A stretch of DNA of 63,678 nucleotides, counting the filler, from Intoshia linei (taxonomy: Eukaryota; Animalia; Orthonectida), in assembly GCA_001642005.1 (NCBI GenBank). It is 6 parts of 6 records of this genome, joined end to end, with 100 filler letters (N's around TTAATTAATTAA, not from the genome) between each part and the next. Parts side by side here need not be neighbours in the genome. Positions count along the whole stretch, not along the records: positions 1 to 30,026 come from LWCA01000374.1; 5 more parts are not named here. One strand, given 5' to 3'. This document shows, in pieces, positions 1 to 11,153 of the stretch (position 1 is the stretch's first letter; every line of letters starts with the position of its first letter). The notes under the pieces were generated by a model, which did not search any database, had not been told where the DNA came from, and saw only the letters and a list, made by a program, of their open reading frames with translations. The position numbers were made by a program, and so were the translations under genes.

Positions 1-2028
1 TATATAAAAATTAATATCTGTGTGTTTGTGTGTGTAACTATGTATTGAAAAAATTGACAGTCGCATGATTTAACAAAACCCAATTTCTAATATCATTTAT
101 TTCAGGACGTGTTTTTATCAATTTTTCAATTTCAGAATTTGAGTCCTTCAGGGTCAAAAACACAATTTCCTTTTTTGTTTAAACAAAACAGTCCAAAATC
201 AACACAAAATTTTAATAAAACATACATTCTGGAACGCGTGTTAAAAGCATTAACATTGTCGTTAATCTCAGCCTCACAAACGCATATCTTTATGTTCAAA
301 ACCCCAAATTACCCTTTTTTTTAAAAATGAAACATGTCCTAAAATTTGTTTAAACGTTAATTCTGGGATAGTTTTTAAAATCATAAACACTATCATAAAT
401 GGAAACCTCAAAAAAATATTTTCACAGTGGAAAACCCACATTAACATTTTTTTTAAATGAAAACAGCCCTAGAATTTAAAAAAAAATTACATATGATACA
501 GTTGTATCCTGGTAAGACAAACAACAAATTTCAATCTAAATAAGTGACGTCTTTACGATCAAAAAAGTACTTTAATGTTCATTTTTTTTCAAAACTATTT
601 TATTTGAAAAAATTTTAAATAATTAATGGTTCTATAATTAAAAAAAAATTATTCTGATAGATCTTATTCCATTTGATATAAATAAAAAATTTCAACTCTA
701 GAAGTCTATAATTTTTCAAACGTTGGACTAATAATGAATACAATAATGAAGTAAAATAATCATCTTACAATTTCAAAAAAAATGCATTCAATATCTACAC
801 ATTTCCACTAAATAAATATGGCTGGAAATCTATATCATTGATTCCTTCGGTTTTTTTTATTGCTACGCAATTTTTGATTCTCAAATTTTCATTTTCAAAA
901 CATTTTGTTTAAAATGTAAATTAAAACTACAACAACGAATTACTAAAAGTAATACAACTTTATTATGATCATCTTTATATTTATTAGTAATAAATTATTA
1001 CAATGCTTTGCAATATCGGTAAAATTCATCTGAAATATGTTTCTAAAGTGCTGATTCCGTTAATTATTATTAATTATTATACATAATTGGTATTTTTAAG
1101 TATTTATTAAATTGGTACTGAATATATATCATCACTAGGGCTACTTTCTATAACCTATAAAAAAACATTTGTAACTTTATTAACCTATAAAAAATTTATA
1201 AACTGTTTTCAGTAAAATTCATGTTTCATCAATTAACAAAAGTGACTATTACGTGGAAAGTCATACAAATAAGACAAAGTATTATTTCATACTTTATTAT
1301 GGTACAATATTAAATATTTCCAAATATTGTCATAAGCAAAATTTTTTTGTTTAGTTAAGAGTTTATTCAACATACTAAAACTTCTCTATACCATTAGATG
1401 TTGATGATCCATTTCTTAATTTACTTTACATTGAAGGAGGCTTAGATTTATATAAAGCCATCATTATATTTGTAATGTCATTGGTTTTCAACCTTTTTTC
1501 TATGTAATAAAGTATTTTGCATGGATCTGGAACAAAATTTAAATTTTATAATGTTTCAAATGCTTTATTAATGTAAATTATAATTAAACACAGTAATTGA
1601 AGTTGGCGAGGAAGTCCTTAGAAAATAATATAATGATGAAGGTTTTGATTGATCAATATCTAACAATTTTGGTTATGTCGTGGTTATTTAAATCTTTTTG
1701 GAGGGTAATTATTTATATTGGCCTGGTCAGGAGATTAATGTATATTATTATGTATGTTTAACGCCTTTGTGACTGTAAAATTTGACTCTTGCGTCAAATC
1801 TATTACATTGATTCACAGAAATGTAGAGTAAAATTAAATGAACACCCTAAGAAATTACAGTATGAAAATGGCTTATCCATGGTAAAGTAAATTTTGGAAC
1901 TTGTTTAAAGGATTAGAAATAGTGAATAGTAGCATTTTTAATAATTGTAAGATGCTATTATTTAATTAAAACTATACCCTCTGCAGAGCTGGGTACTGTT
2001 TGTACAAATTACATATCAATTCAGCTAG
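1..2028 (+). mobile_element. Non-autonomous Helitron (subtype B), 5' end cut by the window edge, interrupted at about 1136-1850
   Basis: 1-1135 is colinear with the copies at 21421, 27196 and 47290. The family 3' end (GCAGAGCT..CTGTTTGTAC..CTAG|T) lies at 1983-2028. Confidence 0.75.
1136..1850. mobile_element. Putative degenerate TIR element (TAGGG...CCCTAA ends, hATm-like) nested in the Helitron
   Basis: Helitron similarity stops exactly at TAGGGCT (1136) and resumes after ACACCCTAA (1850). The ends resemble those at 54749/56546. No TSD verified. Confidence 0.35.
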
Positions 2029-2216
2029 TTTTTAATACTTTTTAGCAATAACACATAAATATAACAAAACTTTAAAATGAAAAAATTTTATTTAAATTTA
2101 GAGTCTAAACTAGGACTAATATACACATGAATTTTAAAATTATAATTTACATCTTAGAATCAAAGCTGATTCTAAAAAACAAATGATTTAAGGAGAGTTT
2201 AAGCACAATAATTTGA

Positions 2217-3851
2217 TTAATCAAAATAATCTTCAATATCGATATTTGGATCCAATAAATCCTCACCATAGATTGAAATATCCAATTTATTGAGCATTAA
2301 ATTTTCAATAGTTTCTGCCAGATGAGTATCAGTACCAATAAGAACTGCACCCTGTACAACACCGTGCAAAATGACCAATTTAATAAAACTAGACTCATCT
2401 ATTGACCCTCTAATCATAATCTGAACATTATTGAGGTTTAAATTTTGAGAATTAAACCTTCCTAAAAGAACCAGTCGTTTATCGAATATTGTAGTGACAT
2501 GACAAAACATTTCAAAATGATGAGAAAAGTCTAATTCAAAAGATTCATATAAAGCAGGATTGAGTAACGTCTGGTTAAAATGATACAGCATAGATTTTGC
2601 AGCAACTTGAGCCATACTTTGAGCAGTAGACCATAGTCTAATGTGGACATAATTTTTTGGAATTTGACAATTTTTCCAATCCAGGGACACAACATCACCA
2701 GCGGCAAAAACTTTCGGATGAGAAGTTTGAAAAGATTCATTTACTAGAATGCCACCATCTTTTGAATTTACAGATAATTTTGGTTTTCCTAATTTGGTGT
2801 ATACATAATTGTTATTTGGAACAACGCCGATAGCAATAATTGCCAAATCGGCATAAATAACAGTATCTAAGAGTGTAATTTTCAATCGTTTTGGTTTATC
2901 ATTATCCGATACAAACGTTCCTACGTGTACATTTTGTAAAGTCTCATTGAAAAGTAAATGTAATTTTCTCGATTTATTGGATCCAATCAGTTGTACACCC
3001 TCTGGCCAATTGTCTCCTACTGAACAGTTTTCATATGTATTTTTTTGGAAAACTTGTTCAGTAATAGTTGGAATACATTTAAAAGAAGTGTTTTTTAAAG
3101 GTGTATGTAAATCTTTTTTAATTGTATTGTAAAAATATTCAGATGTTAGCTCATCCAAAAAATTGGCTACCAACACGTCTCTATCTTTATTTATCCAAAC
3201 TATTTCACAATTTTTTATTTTTTCAACCATCATGGCACAAATTGCACCATTTCCAATTAAAACAACGCGTTCACAACTACTTATTCGTTTCTTCAAATTG
3301 TAAATACTGTCAACATCTTTTATGTACACTAAATAATTGTCAATGATTTCTGGATTCGTTCCATCTACTTTTGTTTCCACGTCCAATTTTTTAGGTATTG
3401 AACCAGTGCACAAGCTTAGGTAATTGTAATAAAGTTTATCCACGTTATTTTCATCAGTGGTTAATTTATAATTCTTTACCGTTATAAACTTTTCATTTGG
3501 TTCAATATCGATCAATTTACCAATTTTAACCTCAACTTTCACATTGTTTGTGTTCCAGCCAAAAATTTCTGCCAATTCACTTGCAGTATCGTTCATTTTT
3601 TTTAATTTCCGAAATTCTATATTAAACGTTTTAATATATTTACCATGCAGTATAGTATTTCGTACAAATTTTATCGATGCATTGTTTATAACAAATAAAA
3701 TTCTGAATTTATAAGGTAATTTAGACTCAGGTGAACATTTAGAATTGGATTCACATTTTGTGTCTTCAAACTTTTCGTTTATGGATAAAACTAATTCGTT
3801 TATACATGATACTCCCGCAATTCCATTACCAACTATAATAAAATCATACAT
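2217..3851 (-). CDS. PYROXD1: Pyridine nucleotide-disulfide oxidoreductase domain-containing protein 1, intronless
   Basis: N-terminal IVGNGIAGVSC FAD-binding motif, second LIGNG motif, FAAGD and RLW motifs. C-terminus GEDLLDPNIDIEDYFD is identical to the human protein as I recall it. ATG at 3851. Confidence 0.96.
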   Translation of the reverse strand: MYDFIIVGNGIAGVSCINELVLSINEKFEDTKCESNSKCSPESKLPYKFRILFVINNASIKFVRNTILHGKYIKTFNIEFRKLKKMNDTASELAEIFGWNTNNVKVEVKIGKLIDIEPNEKFITVKNYKLTTDENNVDKLYYNYLSLCTGSIPKKLDVETKVDGTNPEIIDNYLVYIKDVDSIYNLKKRISSCERVVLIGNGAICAMMVEKIKNCEIVWINKDRDVLVANFLDELTSEYFYNTIKKDLHTPLKNTSFKCIPTITEQVFQKNTYENCSVGDNWPEGVQLIGSNKSRKLHLLFNETLQNVHVGTFVSDNDKPKRLKITLLDTVIYADLAIIAIGVVPNNNYVYTKLGKPKLSVNSKDGGILVNESFQTSHPKVFAAGDVVSLDWKNCQIPKNYVHIRLWSTAQSMAQVAAKSMLYHFNQTLLNPALYESFELDFSHHFEMFCHVTTIFDKRLVLLGRFNSQNLNLNNVQIMIRGSIDESSFIKLVILHGVVQGAVLIGTDTHLAETIENLMLNKLDISIYGEDLLDPNIDIEDYFD

Positions 3852-3910
3852 CAAAATGTACCTATAATATACATTCTATAAACGTTTTTGCATTGTTGTC
3901 TAAAATGTAG

Positions 3911-4001
3911 ACTTTAGAATAAAATAAATTTCAGTTTATATTAAATTTAAATTAAATTTAAATTAAATTTTTTTAAATAAACTGAAGTTTATTTATAAAG
4001 T
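3911..4001. promoter_or_regulatory. Palindromic bidirectional promoter region between PYROXD1 and the NUFIP1-like gene
   Basis: 188 bp between divergent ATGs. Inverted arms AAATAAATTTCAGTTTAT (3922-3939) and ATAAACTGAAGTTTATTT (3977-3994) flank TTAAATTTAAA repeats. Confidence 0.5.
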
Positions 4002-4039
4002 TCAAAAGCACAATTATATTACATTATCGATATTTATTA

Positions 4040-6151
4040 ATGAATAACTATTACGCCAACGATAAAAATGAAAATTTACCACACGATCAATGTTTGAACA
4101 ACAAACCAAATTTTAATAGAAACAATTCTCAAAATAATCATGTAAATGGATATAATACAAATATGAGAGAAATGAATCCTGAATATATGGATTATAAATA
4201 TTCTAATAATTGGAATCAAAATTCCAATTCGCATATTCAAAGAAATGAGTCGAACAATTTAAATTATTCGCGACCACAAAACTTTGAAAATGTTCCAAAC
4301 ATGTACAAAATTCCTCAAAATATGAATTATATGTATCAAAATGACTTTCAATATCAGAATTTCAACACCAATTCTAATTTTAATGAAAATCATAATCCAA
4401 ATGTTAATTTCAATCGATTTCGAAATAATTCATATAGCGGTCCAATTCGATCATATAATCCACACATGTATCAAGATATGCCTAGAACATCAAATTATCA
4501 AAAATACCCTCAATTTGTAATGAGTTTTTATGTATTATTGATTAATATTTTATTTAGAAAACTAAAAAACCGCCAAATTTTTCTTATTCTGAAAAAGAAA
4601 TTAGTGAATGGATTGCTGATAGAAAAAAGTAATTTGTTGGACTTTAATGTATGAGAATATTCTTAAACCCAACCATTTTTACTAAAAATCAAAATTTACA
4701 CATTTTTAAGTGAAAAATCCAGTTTTACCAACCCTAAAAGGAAAAATTTCAGTTTTGCCAACCCTAAGAGGAAAATTTCAGTTTTACCAAGCTTTTTCTG
4801 AATTTTTTCCTTAAAGGTTTGTAAACCTGGAATTTTTATTTTTCCGAATTAGCTAGCTACTGTTACGCAGTTAAAAAATATCCACTGGAAAATTTTTTTT
4901 TCAAAAGTGTAAGTGTAAAATCAGTGACTTAAAATATGTAATTTCAGATTTAATATTAATTTGTATTTTAGAAGATACCCTCGATTACGTGATACTAAAG
5001 AAAAGAAATCGAAATCATTAGAGTAATTTTTATTTTAATATATTTCAGTTGATTTATTAAAAATTTTTAGTGAACCTAAACCTGAGAAACATCCAGATTT
5101 AAAAGAAATGTATGTTGTTTTATTATAAGAATTTATTTATTTACATTTATTTGTTAATCATTATTTACTAGGAAATCAATTAAAGATGCTTTTAAAAAGG
5201 TAAAAACTATAAATTAATACATTTTAAATTTCTATTTTAGAAAAAACGACTAATGCTAAATAAACGTCGCAGAATCGAAAAAACGGGTTATTTTTATTTA
5301 GAAAGTAGTGTAGGGATTTAGTCAATATTTTATAATTACACTAGCTTGACTGTTATGTACTACGTACAAACATAACCTAGCTCTGCCGAGGGCACATTTT
5401 TATTATACCAAAAAAATAAATTCATGTTGAAAATCTAACTTAAAAATCCACTATTCACTATTATCCATAAACAAGTGGTTCCCAAACTTGTTTCAGGTGG
5501 AACCATCATATGACATTACTAGATTGAAAATCTAACTTAAAAATCCTACTATTCACTATTATCAATTCTTTAAAGGAATTGTTTTTGACCCGTAAGATGT
5601 GAGTTTAGGAGGTTGAAATATATCTTATTATATGCCCCGGAAAAAAACTATAATTGAAATGTGAACTTTATAAAATTCTGAGACTGGTAGTTATTTCAAT
5701 AAAATGGAACACACACACAAACAAATATTGCGGTAGCATATTATATAAGTAAGGATTGTTTTATTCACAATTAAAGATCCACGTTTATTTATTTATCATT
5801 CATTCATTTGGTTTTTATTTAGTCAAGAAAAAATTATTAAGTACTTTCTCTAGACGTGTATATCTCTTGAAGGAACAAAACAAAAATAAAAACTTTACAA
5901 TGCTGTCGTGTATCAAATATTTGCTCTATAAAAATATAAACATTTTAGGTAATTATTTTTTTAATAATTTTATATTTATATCTAAGCACCTCAAAAAATT
6001 ATGAATATGGAAGTCAATCGACAGCATATTATTAAAAGGACTTATAATGATTTTGTAATTTTTTTAATTTTTTGTTAAATTGAGTACTTGCTTTTTTAAT
6101 TTTCAGACTTTGATTTTTCGATATTTACATTATACATTTGAACATTTGTAG
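4040..6151 (+). CDS. NUFIP1: NUFIP1/Rsa1-domain protein (box C/D snoRNP assembly factor) with Asn-rich N-terminus, about 9 exons
   Basis: Splicing exon 2 to exon 3 gives EKEISEWIADRKKRYP (NUFIP1 motif EI..W..ERRK.YP). A later exon TMLSCIKYLLYKN resembles the C-terminal LQC.RYI..N motif. The last two exons are less certain. Confidence 0.75.
4711..4830. repeat. About 30-bp degenerate tandem repeat (AGTTTTACCAACCCTAAAAGGAAAAATTTC), a dispersed family
   Basis: Units start at 4721, 4751 and 4780. Related reverse-orientation arrays lie at about 13470-13710, 14290-14420 and 35760-36030. Confidence 0.7.
5341..5755 (-). mobile_element. Complete 415-bp non-autonomous Helitron (subtype A) inside a NUFIP1 intron
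   Basis: The minus strand starts A|TCCTTACTTATATAATATGC and ends with hairpin TGTTTGTAC-GTA-GTACATAACA followed by TCAAGCTAG|T. It is inserted between A and T with no TSD. Confidence 0.9.
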
Positions 6152-6279
6152 ATATGATTTTATTAAATTTTTTGCATTATAGTTGAAACAATCAAACCAA
6201 GTGGATGAAATTAATATTGTTTTACAGTCGATACGTTATTTAAATAAAATGTATTTAAACAAATAGTAAATATTAAAAT

Positions 6280-7518
6280 TTATACTACATCTTGTATTGT
6301 TATTATGCTGTGTTCTTTGTCTATAGATTAAATTATTAAGATAATAAATTACTAAGATAAAATTATTTACCTCGCACTACAACCAATTCATTTTTTAGGG
6401 TTCGAATTCTCATTACACGCAAATCGTTTTGTGGGTCTATATCACGAACTGCAGTTCTTGAGATATTCATCAATGATTGCATCTGTGTTCCCAATTGTAC
6501 GGTTGTTGAATTATCCATTGTAGTTCTTATTGCCATCGCTAAAAATTTATTATTAGTCTGGTAAAAAATTGTAACTCTGAGGATACATGGCACGAGTACT
6601 GAAATATATAACATTTTTCATGTGAGCGTGAACATGGTTTTTTAAAAATGGAAAATCTGACTATTGTTCAAAAAAAAAGCTTCTTAAAAGATATTTAGCT
6701 TCCAAATAAAATATTGCAAGTGATGAGTTAATAAAATTTTATTAAACAGTGGGAATGAGTCAAGTTTACAATTATGACATATATTATGGCACGCTTGAAT
6801 TAATTATACAATGTAGACAAAATAATGATAATTTTTATAAAAATAACAAGATTTTAACAATTTTTTATGAGATCAGAATCATTATCAGATCCGCATTCTG
6901 AAGTTTCTTAAAAATATATGATTCATATTGACAACAAAAATCAAATAGATTGACTAGCTTGACTGTTATATACTTTATACAAACAGTCTGTCGAGGGCTG
7001 ATGTTTTTTAATTTTTATTTTAATCGAAATATTTGAAAAATATTGGTTGTTAATATATTAACAATTATTTTTCATCGGGAATGCGTAGATTTCGAGGGTT
7101 GAACTTTTGTATTTATATCAACTGAAATAAGCTTTATCAGAATAATCTTTCTTTTTTTTAAATTTTCGGACCGTTAATTATTTCACATTTTTTGTGTGTT
7201 AACAGGATACAACTGCACCACCCGTAAATTTTTTTAAATTCTAGGGCTGTTTTCATTAAAAAAAAGGGTCATTTGTGGTTTTGGCTCTGAAGATATATTT
7301 TTTTTATATATATGTAGGTCCAGGCTACACGGTCCTGCTTCTCATTTAGAAGTTGAAAAACATAAAATTTCACAAAACGGTTAATAATATAATTAAAATA
7401 ACCGTCAGAATTCATGACAATAAGCCCAATTACTCCTTTATGAGATTGTATTCTTTTTAAAATATTTTCGACGTCACTCTAAAATATTAAACGATAAATT
7501 CTTTAAAAAAATTACCAT
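6280..7518 (-). CDS. DYNLRB: Dynein light chain roadblock-type, 4 exons
   Basis: Spliced product: M|SDVENILKRIQSHKGVIGLIVMNSD|AMAIRTTMDNSTT...VRDIDPQNDLRVMRIRTLKNELVVVR|DKEHSIITIQDVV*. A 37-nt intron follows the ATG directly. Confidence 0.95.
6954..7305 (-). mobile_element. Helitron 3' end plus internal fragments in roadblock intron 2
   Basis: CTAGCTTGACTGTTATATAC...ACAAACAG at 6954. 6990-7305 is the reverse complement of parts of the 27.4-27.8 kb copy. Confidence 0.8.
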
Positions 7519-7829
7519 AATTGTAAAATGTAGTTGTTTATATATATAGTATCTTGGGAATTTATAACAAAACATGCCTAGAGATAAGCATAATCGTATA
7601 TTATTCACTCAAGTAACACGTTATTTAATTGTAAAGCGTTTATTGTTATCCAATTAAATTAAAATAACCACGCCCAAAAGTATTAACGAGTAAAACTTGA
7701 TTAATACATGAATAAATTGAACCAATTTTGATATAATCATGATACATTTAATAAATTTATGATATGCACATTTAATTTATATTTATTTAAATTTAAAAAT
7801 TTCAATTGAGTTAAATTGAAAATCTTGAA

Positions 7830-8593
7830 ATGAAGAGTGAATATGAAAAAATTGATTTAAAAAACGATGAAAACTTGAAAAAGAACAACGAACAATTGGA
7901 TCATAGTATTGAAAATATATTAAAAATTAATAGAGAAAAAAATGAAAAATTTCAACTAATGCAATCAAAAATGGCTGCCAATTATTTTGACGGATTAAAT
8001 TTTTTCAATCGAAATGATACATTTTCATCTGAAAATTGTAAAAATTTTTATAAAATTCAACCGAGAAGACCGTCTAGGCCTACATTTTCTAGTCATCAAA
8101 TTTTTTCACTTGAAAAGGCTTTTGAAAAAACTAAATATTTAGCTGGAGCAGAGAGATCTACACTGTCCATTGCTCTAGGAATGTCGGAAAGTCAAGTTAA
8201 GGTAAAATTATTATTTATAAAATCATTTATTTATTACATTTAATTAAACTAAATTCCAATCAAACATGACGTTACTAAACTACTAGCGTTTAATTTCATA
8301 GTTAATTGCAGATAATTAATTTCATGATTGATTAATCAAAGCTGTATTGTTTTATATATTTAAACCAAAGATATATAACACTATTATGACCAACTCGCAT
8401 GTTAATTTTAATGACTTGAGACGTGTTTTTGATACTATATTGTTATTTTGTTTAAAGTCAATTCATGTCAATATGATTATAATTCGTAATTGTTTTTAAT
8501 ATTTTCATTTAATTATTTTATTTATAGATTTGGTATCAAAATCGTCGTACCAAGTGGAGAAAATCTACTATTAAGCAAAATTATAAAAATTAA
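7830..8593 (+). CDS. Nkx6: NK6-class homeobox transcription factor (exons 7830-8201, 8528-8593)
   Basis: Homeodomain [36 protein letters not shown]|[12 protein letters not shown] matches Nkx6 ([27 protein letters not shown]). N-terminal eh1/TN-like HSIENIL. Confidence 0.93.
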
Positions 8594-9477
8594 TTAAACT
8601 TCAAGTCTTTCTACATTTCTTTAAAATAAATGTATGTAATGTATAATGTAATATATTATATTAATTAAATGTAATAATTATTAAAATTATGCCCTTGGGT
8701 AAATGTGTTTAGTGTTAATTGTTATTTAAATTTATAATACATTTCGTTCGAATTGTGACAGTTTTATTTGTATGTAAAGATTTTTTAATCCCGAAGGATT
8801 AGATATCACAACTTTTACGGATCAAACTAATTCTTTATACGTTTTTTTTTCACTTGTTTTAACTTTTCAATATATTTCTATAAGCGTGCCGTTTATTTTT
8901 AAAATTTATTGCTTTAATATTTGTTTACCAAAGAGTTTAATCGGATTAATATATAAAATGTATTGTTAATATTACTCTGTAATGTTAATATTAATTACAA
9001 GAAAATACGGAACAAAATAAACAAAGAAATTGATGTAAATATCAAATATTCTTACTCAATATTCAAAACTCATTACATTTGGCTATATAATTTATTCAAA
9101 TTTAAGATTGATATATAATAATAGAATAAAGAGACACTTAGTACGTTTAATATCAAAATATTGAAAAATTTTTAAATTTTAATATTAATTACTTATTGAT
9201 TTTTGATAAACTATTTGTTTAGGTAATATTTCTATGCATAAATTATTTATTTCAAAATAAATGGCTATTCTTACATAATTATTCAAATTAATTCACTATT
9301 TCATTTTGACAAATTGCTTTTATAAGATTTTTAATGAATTTTTATTATATTTTATAACATTTATCTATGGTTTATAAAAAATATTATCTATAAATGACGT
9401 ACAGAAATGTATACAGATTTGTAGATATTGTAGAACGAATATGAAAGATTTAATTTCAAAATTTAAAATACAAAACA

Positions 9478-9680
9478 TCCTTACTTATATAATATGCTAT
9501 GCTATATTTGTTTGTGTGTGTTCTACTTTATTTTAATAACTACCAGTCTTAGAATTTTATAAAATCCACATTTCAATAACAGTTTTTTTCCGAGGTGTTA
9601 AAAAAATAAATTGCAACCACAAACTCACATCTTACGGGTCAAAAAGCATAATTGTCCTTTTTTTGAAAATCAAACGATCA
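9478..9680 (+). mobile_element. Helitron subtype A 5' fragment
   Basis: Starts A|TCCTTACTTATATAATATGCT, then the family body. Confidence 0.8.
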
Positions 9681-9739
9681 ACAATAAAATATTACTTTAT
9701 TTTTTTGAGGAGATTCTGGAATACATGTGGATATTCCTA

Positions 9740-10165
9740 ATAATGATGTCGGATTTCTAAAATTATTTCTAACTCCTTACATATTGAATAAAATATTAGA
9801 TGAAACTAATAAAATATCCTGATGTCAGAAAGCGAGTATAAATTAACAACACAAAATGAAGTCAAAACGTTTATTGGAATAATTTTATTCATGGGTATTT
9901 ATGATTTCCCAAGGATTGAGCAGTACTGAAATGACCCATCCAAACTAATTACAACAAAAATGAGTCAGTATATACAATTCTATAGGTTCAAACAAATAAA
10001 AAAAAATTTCAAACTGTTTAAGAAAACCAGTCAAAACGAATCACTCACTGAACAGCAGAAGACAGAAGAGATTATGTTATATGTAAGAGAACTATTTCAA
10101 AGTGTATACTCACCTACACAGAACTTAATCTTGGACGAAGGTAATTGTGCATTCAAAGGAATATT
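9740..10165 (+). pseudogene. piggyBac transposase remnant
   Basis: Translates to FLKLFLTPYILNKILDETN, EVKTFIGIILFMGIYDFPRIEQY* and YSPTQNLILDEGNCAFKG (DDE_Tnp_1_7-like), with internal stops. Confidence 0.8.
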
Positions 10166-11153
10166 ATTGTTAAAAGAGGTTATCTTCATTTTATTTAAAA
10201 TTTTTCTTGTGGACCACTTATAATTTCCTGTGGACCACTTTGGGAACCACTGAATTAGTATAATTATAATATACACTAAGAAATAAATTTTAGTTCATTC
10301 TACACGTATAAGGTCAATTCCATGTAAAAACGACACATTTTGTAATTTGTTATTGTTTGTAAATTTAATTAAGGTTTGATAAGTTAGTTAAAATTAGATA
10401 ATAATAATTTAAATATAGTTATAATAATAATAGATATAAATAATTTTTATTATAACAGTTTGTATTAAAATATTTATGATTTTAAATTAAGGATTTAACT
10501 CATTTTCACCAATTTTTTTTTAAAAGTATTTTAAAATTATGGCGGTAATAAGAAATTTTCTTATAAGTTTCTTATAAAATTGAAATATAGTGGCGATATT
10601 GAAAGGTCTAACTATATAAGTAGTGATACATTAAGCGGACCATGGACCAGCTGTAAAAGACGAACCAATTTTTTCATGCCTTTATTTTTATATACATTTT
10701 TTGTTTTTCTGTGTGGGGTAACCTCACAAGGATAAAGACATACAATGTATAAAGACCTCTAGAGAGAAAAGAGATATAATACTACTGTCTTTTCTCGATT
10801 ATAAGCAGACTCCTGAAATACAAATTTTCAGTAAAATTTTGTAACTTAAAAAAAATTTACTTTTACAAACAAAGCACATATTATAAATTAAATAAGGAGT
10901 TGGCTAATAGCCAAAAAATAAAAATTCAATTTTTTTCAAATGTACGCTTTAATTTAATTTAATAAATGATTAAAAGGTAAAAAACTATTAATTCAATACT
11001 AAAATTTGGCAGTTTTAGAATATTGAATTGTTTACAAAATAGCATAATGTATAAATTCACTGCAGATTGGACACGATATTAATGACAACTTGTTCTAAAT
11101 ACATTAGAAATAAATATTTACACAACTAAAATAAAATCTTCTATTCAAATATA

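Noticed and set aside
109-324. Short ORFs inside Helitron copies (also 47439-48141, 58826-59056, 24405-24755)
   Set aside because: The frames are not conserved between copies and show no RepHel motifs.
4730-4768. AACCCTAA telomere-like motifs
   Set aside because: They are single hexamers within a 30-bp unit, not a tandem telomeric array.
7570-7590. Possible RFX X-box upstream of roadblock
   Set aside because: Only a loose match to the consensus.
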